A DNA stretch of 64,000 bases, from NCBI GenBank assembly GCA_946965045.2, contig OX337235.1:248001-312000 (forward strand), given 5' to 3'. A program made the translations under genes and the position numbers. Below the pieces are notes generated by a model. It was given only the letters and a program-made list of their open reading frames with translations, ran no database searches and was not told the origin of the DNA. The stretch comes from Epithemia pelagica. Taxonomy: Eukaryota; Protista; Bacillariophyta. Within the stretch, counting starts at the first letter, position 1, and each line of letters opens with the position of its first letter. Below are positions 45,107 through 56,832 of the stretch, piece after piece.

Positions 45107-48100
45107 TTAAGCTTCGGAGTATCAAATAGGAAGCGATCGTGCGAGATTCGTTTGGTGGGAGTTTGGAACGGGATTCGTCCGAGTCATTGGGTCTGGCCAA
45201 TTTGTCCACAGGGTCGATGCAAGCCATGATTGGATACCTGAACCGTACTGGCTCGATTATGATATCCCACGGGCAAATGCAACCAATTGGGTTGCAAGGC
45301 CCGATCCTTGCCCCGAAACATGGTACCAACATTGGTGGCATGAGACCGACTGGCATAAAAATCGGTAAATTCCGCAATGTGCACCGGCAACTGCAATTGC
45401 ACGTGGGCTTGGGTGTGTGGCAACCCCTCATTCAAGTGGAGCCAAAGTGGATCTTTGTGTGTTGCATCTGGCATCTCTTCTTGCTCTTCTTGTCGTGTAA
45501 TCCTCGCTGTGCAAGATGCCATCTGGATGGCTTCATTCCATGTTCCGGCAAAAGTCTACCCTTGTGTCAAGTGTTAAGTCTCGAGCAATCTCCGTATCTC
45601 CGAAACAATTCTTTTCTTTGTAAGTGGAGCCGAAGTGGATCTTTGCATCTTGCATCTGGCATCTCTTCTTGCTCTTCTTGTCGTGTGATCCTCTTCTTGC
45701 CCAAACGGACACACACACTTGGAATCCATCCACGTTTTCTTGCCACAAAAGCAAGCAAACCAACAGTCGATTTTCTCGCAGTGCGATTGGCGAGACACTG
45801 GATCGATAGATACATCCAATCATGGTGGTGTCCAGTAGAGCGTTGGTAGGACAACGAGCCTTGTTGTTGTTGGCCATGATGACCATGATGATACTGACAA
45901 CAACTACAGTGGACGCGGTTGGAACGCAATTGGACGATCATCCGAAATATCGCAAAGGCATTGGTACCATTGTGGAAGATTCCTACATTGTCGTCTTGCG
46001 ACCCGATCCATTTGTAAGTCGTAGTCGTTGTCGTTGTCCGGACACACTTGTGTTTCACCAAACGAACGAAACGAACACTACACCAAACGATGCTAGTTCA
46101 CGAGACACACTAGAATCCAACGAGATTGCCATAAAAACGATTGTCGTTTTCTTTCTGTTGGGCATGGAAATCGATTCTCACACGCGGTTGCTCTTGCTCT
46201 TTTCTGTTGCTCCAATCCATCTATACTCGTTGATTTTATTATAGTTGGAAGGCTTAAGATCCTCCGCGGATCTCAGTGCCTTGACTCCTGTCGATACGGC
46301 ACAAGAAGCGACATCTCTGGTTCCGGCAAACGATGGAAATGTCCTGGACGTGTACGATTGGGCCATGCGAGGTACGTTCGTTCGATTCTCGGCCCATCCA
46401 TTCGTGTAATGACGACACCCTATATCTACAGTGGTTCCGTTGGTTGGTTGGTTTGTTCTGATTCCTTGTCTTTTTCTCTCTCTCTTTCTTTCGGCAAACG
46501 ATATAGGATTTTCCTTTCGTCTGCAAAGCAATCTGACGCGAAGTAGCAAGGATGGTGTCTTGGAACGCATTCTCAACAATGAAGATGTTCTGTATATGGA
46601 AGAAGTACAAATCCTCTCCGCACAAGATTCCGATACGGATAATACATATGCGGCGTCATGGGGATTGGATCGGATTGATCAATTGGACTTGCCCTTGAAT
46701 GGACACTATCTGTACGATTATACCGGATCGGGCGTCGATGTCTACATTTTGGATACCGGCATTCGTGTCACGCACGAGCAATTTGACCGAGATCGCGCTC
46801 AATGTGGCGCAAGCTTTGTCTGGGGCGATGACGATCCCTGCAACGATCCCCATGGTCATGGCACTCATGTGGCCGGTACCGTTGCCGGCAAGGACTTTGG
46901 GGTCGCCAAGGACGCTCATGTCATTGCCGTCAAAGTCTTGGGTTCGGATGGATCCGGTCGAACGGACGACATTGTCGATGCCATTGATTGGGTAGCCCGT
47001 CAAGCCTACGCCAATCGCGACACGAGACGGTCCGTGATAAATCTCAGTTTGGGCGGCACGGGACAATCGCGAGCCTTGGACTGGGCCATTTTATATGCCA
47101 AGATGGTGTCCAATGTCGTGAGTGTCGTGGCGGCGGGCAATTCGAATCAAAATGCCTGCATTTTTTCACCCGAATTTTCCGACAATGTCATTATCGTCGG
47201 GTCGACCGATCCCGACGATTCCCGATCCGGTTTTTCCAATTTTGGAATTTGTGTCGACCTCTTTGCACCCGGACGGTACGAACTGGCCACAGATTATGCA
47301 TGTTGTCTGTGTGTTTCATCCAGATGTCTCACGGAACGTATTCTTTTGGATTGTTATATTTCCTTTCTTCTCCCCCTCTCTCTCTCCCTCTTGTGTTTGT
47401 GTGTCTTCTGTGTGTGTTGGACAGGGACATTGCTTCGGCCTGGTCCACTTCCGACACGGCCACCAGGGTTATTTCGGGAACGTCCATGGCGTCCGCCCAC
47501 ATTGCCGGTTTGGCCGCCTTGTATTGGCAGGAAAACCCTACCTTGATAGCGGTGGAATTGGAAGACCGTCTCTTGACGACTGCGGCACAAGGGGTCGTGA
47601 CGGATGCCCAATCCCGATTCAACAATTTGGGCAGTTCGGCCGCTTCCTTGACCTCCAGTGATGCTAGGCCGCCGCCCCGTATACAACATGGAGGTGTTGC
47701 GTTGCATCTCGCCATGGCCTCGGCCGTGTGTGCCATTCTACTACTGGGCATGGAAACAACACTGTGGTTGGTATAAGAATAACGCGTTCGGATGTCAAGG
47801 CACAAGTTAAGTTAAAAAGTCGATGTTTCGTTTCGATTCCCCTTTTGGAGCCGTCACTTGGGTCCATCCTGGAGGCAACCATTCATTCCATTACTCTAGT
47901 AGCTACTCTATGACCACGTATCAACACGCTCGAGTCCCAAATACAAGGCAACATCCATAGGATCCGCCTGGTTTGGAATCGATCCACTTTGTTTGGTATC
48001 CTACTCTAGAGTATATTATTGGGCATCGAACTGGTGGTGAAGAAGTCGTCTTGATAGTTTCATGCAGAGTCACTTATTCGGCCAAGCGTTTTTGCTTCGC

Positions 48101-48397
48101 TCCTGTTCGGCCAGTCATTCTGTTCGTAGTTCCAAAGAGAGACAAGCCATACAACGTTCCATGAACTACGAGGTAGGCACCTCTCTACTAGGAGAACGAA
48201 CGTTGTCGTTGCTGTGGCCTGATATTCATGATGATGAAACGAAGGCATACACATCATCATGCATAGCAGCGGTAGCTTTGGTTGAGTCTCGTGTCTCGAC
48301 CATGTCCTCGAAGCACGCCTGTTTCTGTCGCATTCCCTGGAATGACCCAATGATTTAACAAGTTTGGCTATGCAGTCCTGACTCGTCGAGAATTTTA
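45107..48397 (+). repeat. Segmental duplicate of about 37180-40096 (subtilisin gene plus flanks)
   Basis: Collinear high identity from TTAAGCTT..GGAAGCGATCGTG to CTCGTCGAGAATTTTAG. It also contains a copy of 36661-36770 at about 45511-45620. Confidence 0.9.
45822..47776 (+). CDS. Subtilisin-like serine protease (S8), copy 2
   Basis: Same exon layout and catalytic triad as copy 1 (ILDTG, GHGTHVAG, SGTSMASAH). Confidence 0.9.
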
Positions 48398-48907
48398 GCC
48401 GTTCAAAAGCTTTTCGAGGGAGTCCCAGCAGATCGAAATAATTAGCTAGCAATAGACCGAAGCGATGAGGTTGGACCCACGACTCTGTGTCGCATCTCGA
48501 CAAAGTTAGCTTATAATACATAGTAAGTAACGAATTACATCTGCCACGGAGTCATTTCGGAAGTGGACGACAACTCACAGAAATAATACAGAAAAACACG
48601 CGAATCCATTCACACTTTTTCATGAACGATTGAATTTCATTCCAACCTAGGGAAACAAAGAAAATGAGGATGGCGCTGGTGTTTTGGACGACGCGGTCAT
48701 GATCTCACAAAATTACAACCACAACAACAACTCAAATCAACCAACAACATGACCAATCTTGCATTCAACCCATTGCGACCCAAGGAACGGTAGAAGCATC
48801 CGAATCGCAAGAGAGTATCGGCGTATCGTCGCCCTCGTCGTCGTCGTCGTCGTTACACCAAGGACCCAAGAGTACGGGCGTCGACTTGTTGTCCAGATAT
48901 CACACCA

Positions 48908-49893
48908 TGGTCCTTCCGCAAGGTATTAGTCCTGTTCTTCCTCACAATAATGAACCGACACGGCTATCGGCCGACTACCAAGTCACGGACAGTGATGTCG
49001 TGTGTGGTCGTGGTCGGGCCAATTGCAACCGTACCGGCAATCAACGCTTTCGACGAATTGTTCGTCAATTTGTTCCGGACTACATCAAGGCTGCCTCGCG
49101 GGTCGAAAAGGCGGCCGTCTTGTCCACCATTGTCGATGTCATTCGGGAAGGCAACCACAATGACGACGACCAGGATTGTGGCGGTCGCTTTGTCAAGCAA
49201 GATCGCAATGGAACATGGTGGGAATTGGGAGAATTGTCTTGTCGCGAAAAGGCCGGTCATGCCATTCGGGAAGCCGTGGCACAAGAACAAGCCAAACAAC
49301 AAGAACAACCACCACAACAACAGGTTACTGAAAACCAGAGCAGCAGCAGTCGCAACAAACGAGATGCGACATATCTGGATTCCCTCGCCCAAGCAGCAGC
49401 AACAGCATCAGTAGCGACAACCGTGTCCCCCAAACGACGCAAGGTTGTCGCCCATCAGGACTACCGCCCAGAAAGAGCAACAACAACCACAATCAAGACT
49501 GCACTCGAACCAGAGTTGCCCGTTCCTTCGTGGAGCAGCAGCAACGTGTTTGGCTGCGACCAGTGTCTGCCCTTGGAATCATCCTTTTCTTCTTCTTGTT
49601 CCAGGACGACAACAACGACAGTTCTTGGCAGCCATTTTCAATCCTTTCGAACGACACCACAACCACAACCACAATCACAACCACGACAAGACGTGTGGGG
49701 GTTGGATTGGTCCGAGTTGGAACCCACTCCGTTTCGAGACTGTTGGTCGACACCAATTCACAATGACGCATTTGCCAATCATCAGGACGAAGACAATGAT
49801 GAGAATGAGGATGACGACATTTTGTTTGACAAACTGCTAGCCTCCCTCCCTACTCCCTATCCACACGAACTGGTCGACTGTGGATCCTTGTAG
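48908..49893 (+). CDS. DUF6824-like diatom protein
   Basis: DVVCGRG...GNQRFRRIV...EKAAVLSTIVDVIR...GGRFVK...W......REKAGHAIRE (track ORF starts at 48886). Confidence 0.8.
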
Positions 49894-50649
49894 TAGTAGT
49901 AGTTGAACAGGAATCATATCATTATTGTCAGGATTGCCATTGTCAGTTCGCATCATGGACTGGGAAGGAAACGAACCAACGCGACGTGCTCCTTTTGGGT
50001 AGCCTTCCACCCGACCGTATAAAACACTCTCTGCTAGAAAAAACGTCAATTCGTGTAGTCCTCTCGTTGGAACGGCCTCCTGTACGTATTACTTTATTCG
50101 CATATAGCTTCATCGTTCCATTCTTCCGAATGGCTCTCGTCGGATAGAACACACACAGGGTTTCTTTTTTATGAGCCAATCAATCGTCTTTTGGTGTGTG
50201 TGTGTGTCGTTCTCCTTCTTCTCGTCAGTTTGTTCTACGCGACTGACAGAGGAGGAGCACTCCTTGCTCGCTGTCCGTCCGAAAACAGGAATCGTCCTGC
50301 GACCGTCGAGCCGGACAGTCGTGTGGAGCCGTTGAAAATCGAATGTTTGTCGTCTTAAGTCGACCCAACAACGCGTGCCTGGAATTGTGCCTTATTGGCT
50401 GACGGGCGGACTCGAGCGTGGCCAGGCACAATAGTTCTAACACCTGCCCCTTGTATGCGAGAGCTTGTGGATTGAAAATGATACGTTGGGACGTGTCGAA
50501 ATCCCACATTCACAGGGCGGTGCGACTGTAGTCTTGTGGTGCACACCGATTCCTCCCACAAGATGTTGTCTCACGAAAAGGACTCTCTCATCTCTCTCTC
50601 ATTCTAATACCATCACAAACCCATCATCATCATCATCATCATCATCCTC

Positions 50650-52167
50650 ATGTCACCATCCTCGTCCTCCTCCCTTGGCGCCACCTCTCGAAACAATCGT
50701 CCGTATGTGGACACGAGCATGGCATCGAAACGAGTCGTCCAGGCCCAGCAGTCTCCCTCTCTCTTGTCCATGGCAACCACTCTGAATCTCCACTCCATGA
50801 TCCAGCATCCAGAACATGGTGGCGCCACGAAACCAACAGTGGGCTCGTCTTGGAAACGACGCAGCAGCAGCAGTTCCAGCCGAAGCAATCCGTATCATCC
50901 TTCCTCCTCCTCCTCCTCCATGTCCTTGATGGAGTTGGCCACCATGCCTCTTTCTTGTCATGAATTCATTCTGTCCATGGCGGGTTCCTCGTGTTGTCAT
51001 CCACAAGAATGTCCCCATCATCACATTTTGCATGATGACGAAGATGACGACGATGAATCTCAGCAAAGTCAATGTCGAGACGATTTCTTGTTTTCGTCCC
51101 GCCGGCACGAACATGGTTCACGATCCAACTCGCCTTTTTCCTCCTCGCGGCAACCACAGCCACATCAGCGACATGCGGATTCGGTCTTTCGTCCCATGCG
51201 AGTGGAACGGCACCACTGTTTTTCGTCCACGACTACTGATGTTGTACCCATGTCGTCGTCCTCCTCCGTCTCGTCGGCTTCCACGGGGGTCGCCGAACCA
51301 CCCAGTGCCGCCCACGCCGCCTATTGTTGTGGATGGGAGGCTCCCAATACTAGCAGTGGTGGTTCGGCGTGTCCCAAGCGATCCTCGCCCTATTGGACCG
51401 AAACCAAGGGTCCCCTCGATCCCCTGGCCCTTCAGTTGCCCCCGCGCAAACAAGCCAAATGGGATCCCCCCGAACAAGCACAACCATCCCAATCACATCC
51501 ATCACTAATAGGAGGACAAGAAGAAGGAGGAGAACTACGGTCGTCCTCGTGGATTCATTCACCACATCAGTTTCGCAGCACGATGCCCACCACCAAGAAC
51601 CTGAATGGAGTGCCGGTCGTGGACTTGCTTCCACAACTGTTTCAAGACGAACAAGAAGAAGAGGAGGAGGAGTACAACGACCAGTATCCCGAGTCTCACC
51701 ATATGCAAGACGAGGACGAGGACGAGGACGACTACTATCAAGACGATTCCAAACAAGACGAAGAGGATGATTACAGTGACTTGTTGGAAGAAGACGACGA
51801 TGATCCCAACAATGATTTAAATTGGCTCCTCCCAGACTATCCGACCCTTCCCTTTCCCCAACTATCCTTGTCGCCCCCCTCCTTGCTGCAAATTGCCAGT
51901 CCTCGGGCATCATCATCATCATCAACAACGCTGCATCGCCACCGCACCCCAAAAACATCAAATACGACCGGTTCGTCCGTGTCGTCGCCATTGAAATATC
52001 ACTTGCAATGGAAAACGCCATCCTCGTCCTCTTCTACTAGGAGAAGGAGGACGACCACCCAAAAGAAGAAGAAGCAGCAGCAGCAGCAGCAACCCCGACG
52101 ATCCACCACTACGACGATTCCTTGGACAGGTTCGGCGACCGGAATCCGACACACGGTCCATCCCTAA
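50650..52167 (+). CDS. Hypothetical low-complexity (Ser/acidic) protein
   Basis: 505-codon ORF; no domain recognised. Confidence 0.5.
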   Translation: MSPSSSSSLGATSRNNRPYVDTSMASKRVVQAQQSPSLLSMATTLNLHSMIQHPEHGGATKPTVGSSWKRRSSSSSSRSNPYHPSSSSSSMSLMELATMPLSCHEFILSMAGSSCCHPQECPHHHILHDDEDDDDESQQSQCRDDFLFSSRRHEHGSRSNSPFSSSRQPQPHQRHADSVFRPMRVERHHCFSSTTTDVVPMSSSSSVSSASTGVAEPPSAAHAAYCCGWEAPNTSSGGSACPKRSSPYWTETKGPLDPLALQLPPRKQAKWDPPEQAQPSQSHPSLIGGQEEGGELRSSSWIHSPHQFRSTMPTTKNLNGVPVVDLLPQLFQDEQEEEEEEYNDQYPESHHMQDEDEDEDDYYQDDSKQDEEDDYSDLLEEDDDDPNNDLNWLLPDYPTLPFPQLSLSPPSLLQIASPRASSSSSTTLHRHRTPKTSNTTGSSVSSPLKYHLQWKTPSSSSSTRRRRTTTQKKKKQQQQQQPRRSTTTTIPWTGSATGIRHTVHP

Positions 52168-53600
52168 AAACAAACCACCCCACCAAGGGATGCCTCGGCA
52201 GTGGTGGTGGTCCTCTCTCCTATTTTGTATATTGTGTGTGTGTGTTTTTTTTAATAGTTTTGTTTCGTTGTGGACGACAAGTCACAAGGAATCCAATCTC
52301 CCCGTGTTCAGTTCTAGATCCATCTATCTATTATACTATTCTACCTTCATGATCATTGGTTTGCAGCAGAATGAAACGAAACTGACGGTGCATCTCCTTT
52401 GGATATATACGTATTACAGTAGAGATTACTTTCGGATACCGACTCTTACTATCAAAGAAAGACGTTTGGCTTTTGGATCCATTCGTGTTGTTGTTGTTGG
52501 TAGCGTCACCAGAAACCCAGCAGCCATGTGAGATTCCCAAGTCCACCAACGCTCATGATACATCCACGTATACGGCGATGGAGCATAATAATATAAGAGT
52601 AGCTCACAGATAGAGAGATAGAAGAGGGACTACACGTTCCTTCGTTGTTCCTTTCTCCACGTGTATGCGCAACGACGGATCATGATCCACCCAAAGGTGG
52701 CGGAAAGACGGAACGCACAAAAAATGCATGCCATATGCGATGCATTCACCACGATGATCGATAGAGGGGACGGTGCAACCGTGCAACCCCATCTCTCTCT
52801 CTCTGTTTCGAGACGACCACGACGACTACCTACGATTGCTGTTCCTATTCTCTCTCTCTCTCCAAGTTCCTCCAATCATCAGCAGTTCCCATTGTGGACG
52901 CGTCTGTAGTTGTGGCATTCGTCGTTGTCGTCCAAAAGATTCGCTGTAATTTTGTGATCCAACACTACCCATGACTAAAGCTCGTATTCCTACAGTGTCT
53001 GTCCAAGAACCATCCAGCTTCCCCCACTGCCCTTCACGATTGGTGGACCGTCCCAAGGACTGCAAAACCACAAGTTCGCTGCTTCCAAAGAGGAGGAGCG
53101 TCCTAACAAGAGCCGAAAGGTTGAATATCATGACAATAACAACAACAACAACAACATCGGCAAACACTAGCCGACCACTGATCCGGAATTGCAACACCAA
53201 TGAAATTCATGGTTCCTTTGGTACCACGTTCGGGAACCGTAAACGGAAGCGATCTAGGTCAAAGGATATGAATGTTCCAAACGAACCAAATCTTGCAAAA
53301 CTCGTGGCGAGTCGTCGTAGACGACGAATGATTGCGACACCGACCTGCAGCATCAACGCCCATTGGCTGCGACAATGCGACGGTGCGAACAACCATGAAC
53401 CATCCGCAAACGGTTCCAGAGACATGGAGGATGGAACGACGACACGACGACAGCCAGCGCCGAGTGTCCCCAATTGGACGAGGCATGTTCCAATGAATCA
53501 TCCATCCAAACGAACGACCTGCTGTTCCTCTCGGTATATCGGCTGGCGGCGCCGATGCAAGACCTCCTCCATTGTGTATCCATCTCGTCCTCCTTGGAGG

Positions 53601-56168
53601 ATGCGCATTTGGTTCCTACTGTTGATTTCGTATTGTTCTTTGTGCATGGACGGGGTGGTGCGAGTGGCTGCCGAATCCAACACCAACCACCGTACCGAAA
53701 ACGAAGAAGCAACAACAACAAGGCCACAACCCTTGTCTACCAACAAAGCCCCTCTTGCAATGCACAACAACCACAACAACCACCCAACCGTCGAGCAGCA
53801 ATGGAAACGAGCTTCGGGGCCTAGCATTGTTCTGCCAACACGACCGACACCCTTGCGCACGAACCACAACAATCCTCCTCCTTCTTCTCAAGCGACCGGC
53901 AATCATAGAATGAAACAACAACCGCCATCCTCCTCCTCCTCGACCACCACAACGAATCGTCAAACGACAGCAGCGGAAGAAAAAGTCCCTCGTACCCCGT
54001 TGTCGTTTGTCGGAGGAGACAACGATGAATCAGCAGCACCAATTCGCACGGAGGACGCTTCTGGAACCACAAACTCGTCGTCCAAGATTGACTCTGTTCC
54101 AGATGACGGTTCCACTACGAATACCATCATACAACGGGAAGGCGCGGACCCACCACCAAATACCATCGACCCACCTTATTCGTCTGTGACAACTTCCACG
54201 GACCGACAACCACCACCACAAGATCCGCTGCCACCGTCAAGTCCATCTGAAATTTCTCCCAAAACAACGCAGGAAAATTCCAGTACAGTGGGCGTGGCGG
54301 ACCGTGTGTCATCGTCAATCGAAGGTGGCGATACGGCCCAACAGGCTGAGAACCGCAACAACAATGACCAAGAAACCGCAAAACGGCGAAAACTAGAAGA
54401 AGAAAAGAAACGTCAAGAACGATATACTTTATTTTGGACGTGGTGTCGACAAGTCTTGGGAATTGAAACCTTGCTGGAAATTCAAACCTTTGAGTATTTG
54501 GATTACATGAAAGCCTTGCCAGACGAAGATTGGCACGACGATGTCGATGCCGTCGTGGCCAACGTGGAACAATTCCCCAAGGTACCGGTGCGAGGATTGG
54601 CCGCCAGTCGCAACATTACCAGTGGAGAAGTCGTGATACGAATTCCACTCCATGCCTTGCTCAGTGTCGCCACGACGATTGATCAAGATCCCGTCTTGTC
54701 GACAGTCATGGGACCAGAAGCACGACGACACTATGGATGGACCATCCAACCCTTGGATCCACAAATGGAAGTAAACCACCCCAATGAAGGAGGAGACGAA
54801 ACCGAAGGCCAGGGTTCCGATTCGTCGTCCTCCTCCTCGCTCTTTTGGGTCGAGTTGCCCTTGTTGGCCTTGGCCTTGTTGCATCATTTACGGTTGGGTG
54901 CCGCCTCGCCCATGAGACCGTACCTGGATATCTTACAGGAACAACCAACCGATCGATTTCCCTTTTTGTGGACCGAAGAACAATTGCGAAGTCAAGTATC
55001 GGAAGGAATCCGAACCGTGGCCCGAGGAGTGCAACGGGAACTCGTTGATATGTACGAAACCATTGCGGTCCCACTCATATCGTCCAATCCAGACGTCTTT
55101 GGTGCTCCCAGCAACGACAACAAGGACGACGATGATGCACCCTTTTCCTTTGCCAAGTTTCAATGGGCCTTTGCCATGGTCAATACGCGTCATTGGCAGT
55201 TGCCCATTGAAGATTTGGAACATTCCATGGCCAATTCACCCATGTATGGCGATCAGTTGCCACCCGCCAGTACCCCTACCGATGAATGGACCGTCCAACG
55301 ACAAGATGAACAATATGAACTGGACGAACGAAATCCAACCAACCATCAGGAGGAAAAGAACGACCGGCGATCCGCCTCCAATGACAACAACAGCAACAAC
55401 AACAACAAGGCGACACACGAGCCGACGGCTCCAGTCGCTCCATTTCGTCATTCCTTTCTGGCTCCTGTGGCGGACTTGTTGAACTTTGGTCCTCCCTGTA
55501 CCAAGGGGCATTACAATCGAGCCTTACATTCCTTTGAGATTGTTGCCAGTTGTGATTTGGAGAAAGGACAAGAAGTCACCTTTTGGTATAGCGATGAATG
55601 TGACCACGTCATGGTGGCCGTATATGGATTTATGCATCCAATGGTACCAGCTTGCCCATCGGCAGAAGAATACCGACTCGCTGCGCAAGAATGGGAAGAA
55701 CGGGCTTCCCATTTGCAGCACAAGCTGGATCGCGCCCATGATCAACTAGAAACACTGGAAAGCACGGTCCAACAACTGCGTGCGGTGCTTCGAGATTGTG
55801 GAGAAGCCTGTTGCCGTCAATATGATACATGGGACGATGATATTTATGAGTTTTTATTTCATCCAGAGGAGGAGGAAGAAGAGAATGATGACACACCTAC
55901 ACATACTGTTCGTGGTGGCGGAGGAGGAGGAGGTGCGAATGGTGGAGGCTCATCATCCACGTCGAATAAGAATGAACGTGGAGGCAGCAATCACTTTCGT
56001 GCGGGCTCGGCCTCACGTCCAGCAGAAGAAACGGATCGACCACATGTCAAGATTGTACATAAACCAGTAGAGCATGGCGGAGGAACTCGTAGACGGCATC
56101 AACGACCCCAAAGGCGTCGATTTCGTACCGCACTGTCTGGGGAGCCCGAAGAACACGAGGATTTGTGA
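53601..56168 (+). CDS. SET-domain protein (Rubisco-LSMT/SETD3-like) with a probable signal peptide and C-terminal HEDL
   Basis: RGLAASRNITSGEVVIRIP, WAFAMVNTRHW, LAPVADLLNF, GQEVTFWY...YGF; coiled coil after the SET domain. The track ORF opens at 52971; MRIWFLLLISYCSLC at 53601 resembles a signal peptide. Confidence 0.8.
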   Translation: MRIWFLLLISYCSLCMDGVVRVAAESNTNHRTENEEATTTRPQPLSTNKAPLAMHNNHNNHPTVEQQWKRASGPSIVLPTRPTPLRTNHNNPPPSSQATGNHRMKQQPPSSSSSTTTTNRQTTAAEEKVPRTPLSFVGGDNDESAAPIRTEDASGTTNSSSKIDSVPDDGSTTNTIIQREGADPPPNTIDPPYSSVTTSTDRQPPPQDPLPPSSPSEISPKTTQENSSTVGVADRVSSSIEGGDTAQQAENRNNNDQETAKRRKLEEEKKRQERYTLFWTWCRQVLGIETLLEIQTFEYLDYMKALPDEDWHDDVDAVVANVEQFPKVPVRGLAASRNITSGEVVIRIPLHALLSVATTIDQDPVLSTVMGPEARRHYGWTIQPLDPQMEVNHPNEGGDETEGQGSDSSSSSSLFWVELPLLALALLHHLRLGAASPMRPYLDILQEQPTDRFPFLWTEEQLRSQVSEGIRTVARGVQRELVDMYETIAVPLISSNPDVFGAPSNDNKDDDDAPFSFAKFQWAFAMVNTRHWQLPIEDLEHSMANSPMYGDQLPPASTPTDEWTVQRQDEQYELDERNPTNHQEEKNDRRSASNDNNSNNNNKATHEPTAPVAPFRHSFLAPVADLLNFGPPCTKGHYNRALHSFEIVASCDLEKGQEVTFWYSDECDHVMVAVYGFMHPMVPACPSAEEYRLAAQEWEERASHLQHKLDRAHDQLETLESTVQQLRAVLRDCGEACCRQYDTWDDDIYEFLFHPEEEEEENDDTPTHTVRGGGGGGGANGGGSSSTSNKNERGGSNHFRAGSASRPAEETDRPHVKIVHKPVEHGGGTRRRHQRPQRRRFRTALSGEPEEHEDL

Positions 56169-56622
56169 GGAATAGGATTCATGGCCGACGTACACCTCTC
56201 GGGGGAAAGGTGAAGGAAAATTCGAATATGCGAAAGTCGAAATCACTTTCTCACAAGAACATGGACGGATTACCTGACACTGAAATGTTTGGGACGTGTA
56301 CTGAATGGTCGAGTCTGACCGTTGCATCGTGACAAGTTTCTTCGTTCGTAACGACGCAAGTTAGGTTACGGACTTGTCGCCAATGAGTTGACGCATCTGT
56401 ACAATCCGATCGTATTCATGATAGCTGGAAGTTAAATCATTCGACGAATACAGATGGCACAGAAAATGGGAGAAAATTCATTGCGCTTAGAGAAAATAGA
56501 ATTATTTCTTTAAAATAGGGGGGGACGCAACGACAAGGCTTCGTCCCTTCAGTGTGATATCCTTCAGAACGATGTTTTGTCATGCTACAGTGTATAGCTC
56601 GAACAAAATGCATTGTCCTTGT

Positions 56623-56832
56623 TTACTCCTTGGTGAGTTTGAAGAGTTTTGGTGCTAGGCATTTGTCGGCGCAATGAATCCAGTCCCAGTACCAGGTTTC
56701 ACAGTCTCCTTGCTTGTTCTTGGTAATACGATCGACGCACTTGTAATAATCGGTCTTGTATTTGGGACATGCCGTTTGCATACAATCCTCACGAATTTTG
56801 GGCATGGGATCAACGACTTCTTGTTCTTCCGC
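56623..56832 (-). CDS. QCR6: Cytochrome bc1 complex hinge subunit, last exon (first exon not located)
   Basis: EEQEVVDPMPKIREDC...C...Y.KCVDRI...GDCETWYWDWIHCADKCLAPKLFKLTKE; preceded by a splice acceptor TTTCCAG. Confidence 0.9.
   Translation of the reverse strand, partial: AEEQEVVDPMPKIREDCMQTACPKYKTDYYKCVDRITKNKQGDCETWYWDWIHCADKCLAPKLFKLTKE

Noticed and set aside
41900-45110. Complete piggyBac with TIRs
   Set aside because: No matching TTAA-flanked inverted ends were found and the transposase lacks its C-terminus. The poly-C frameshift may be a sequencing error.
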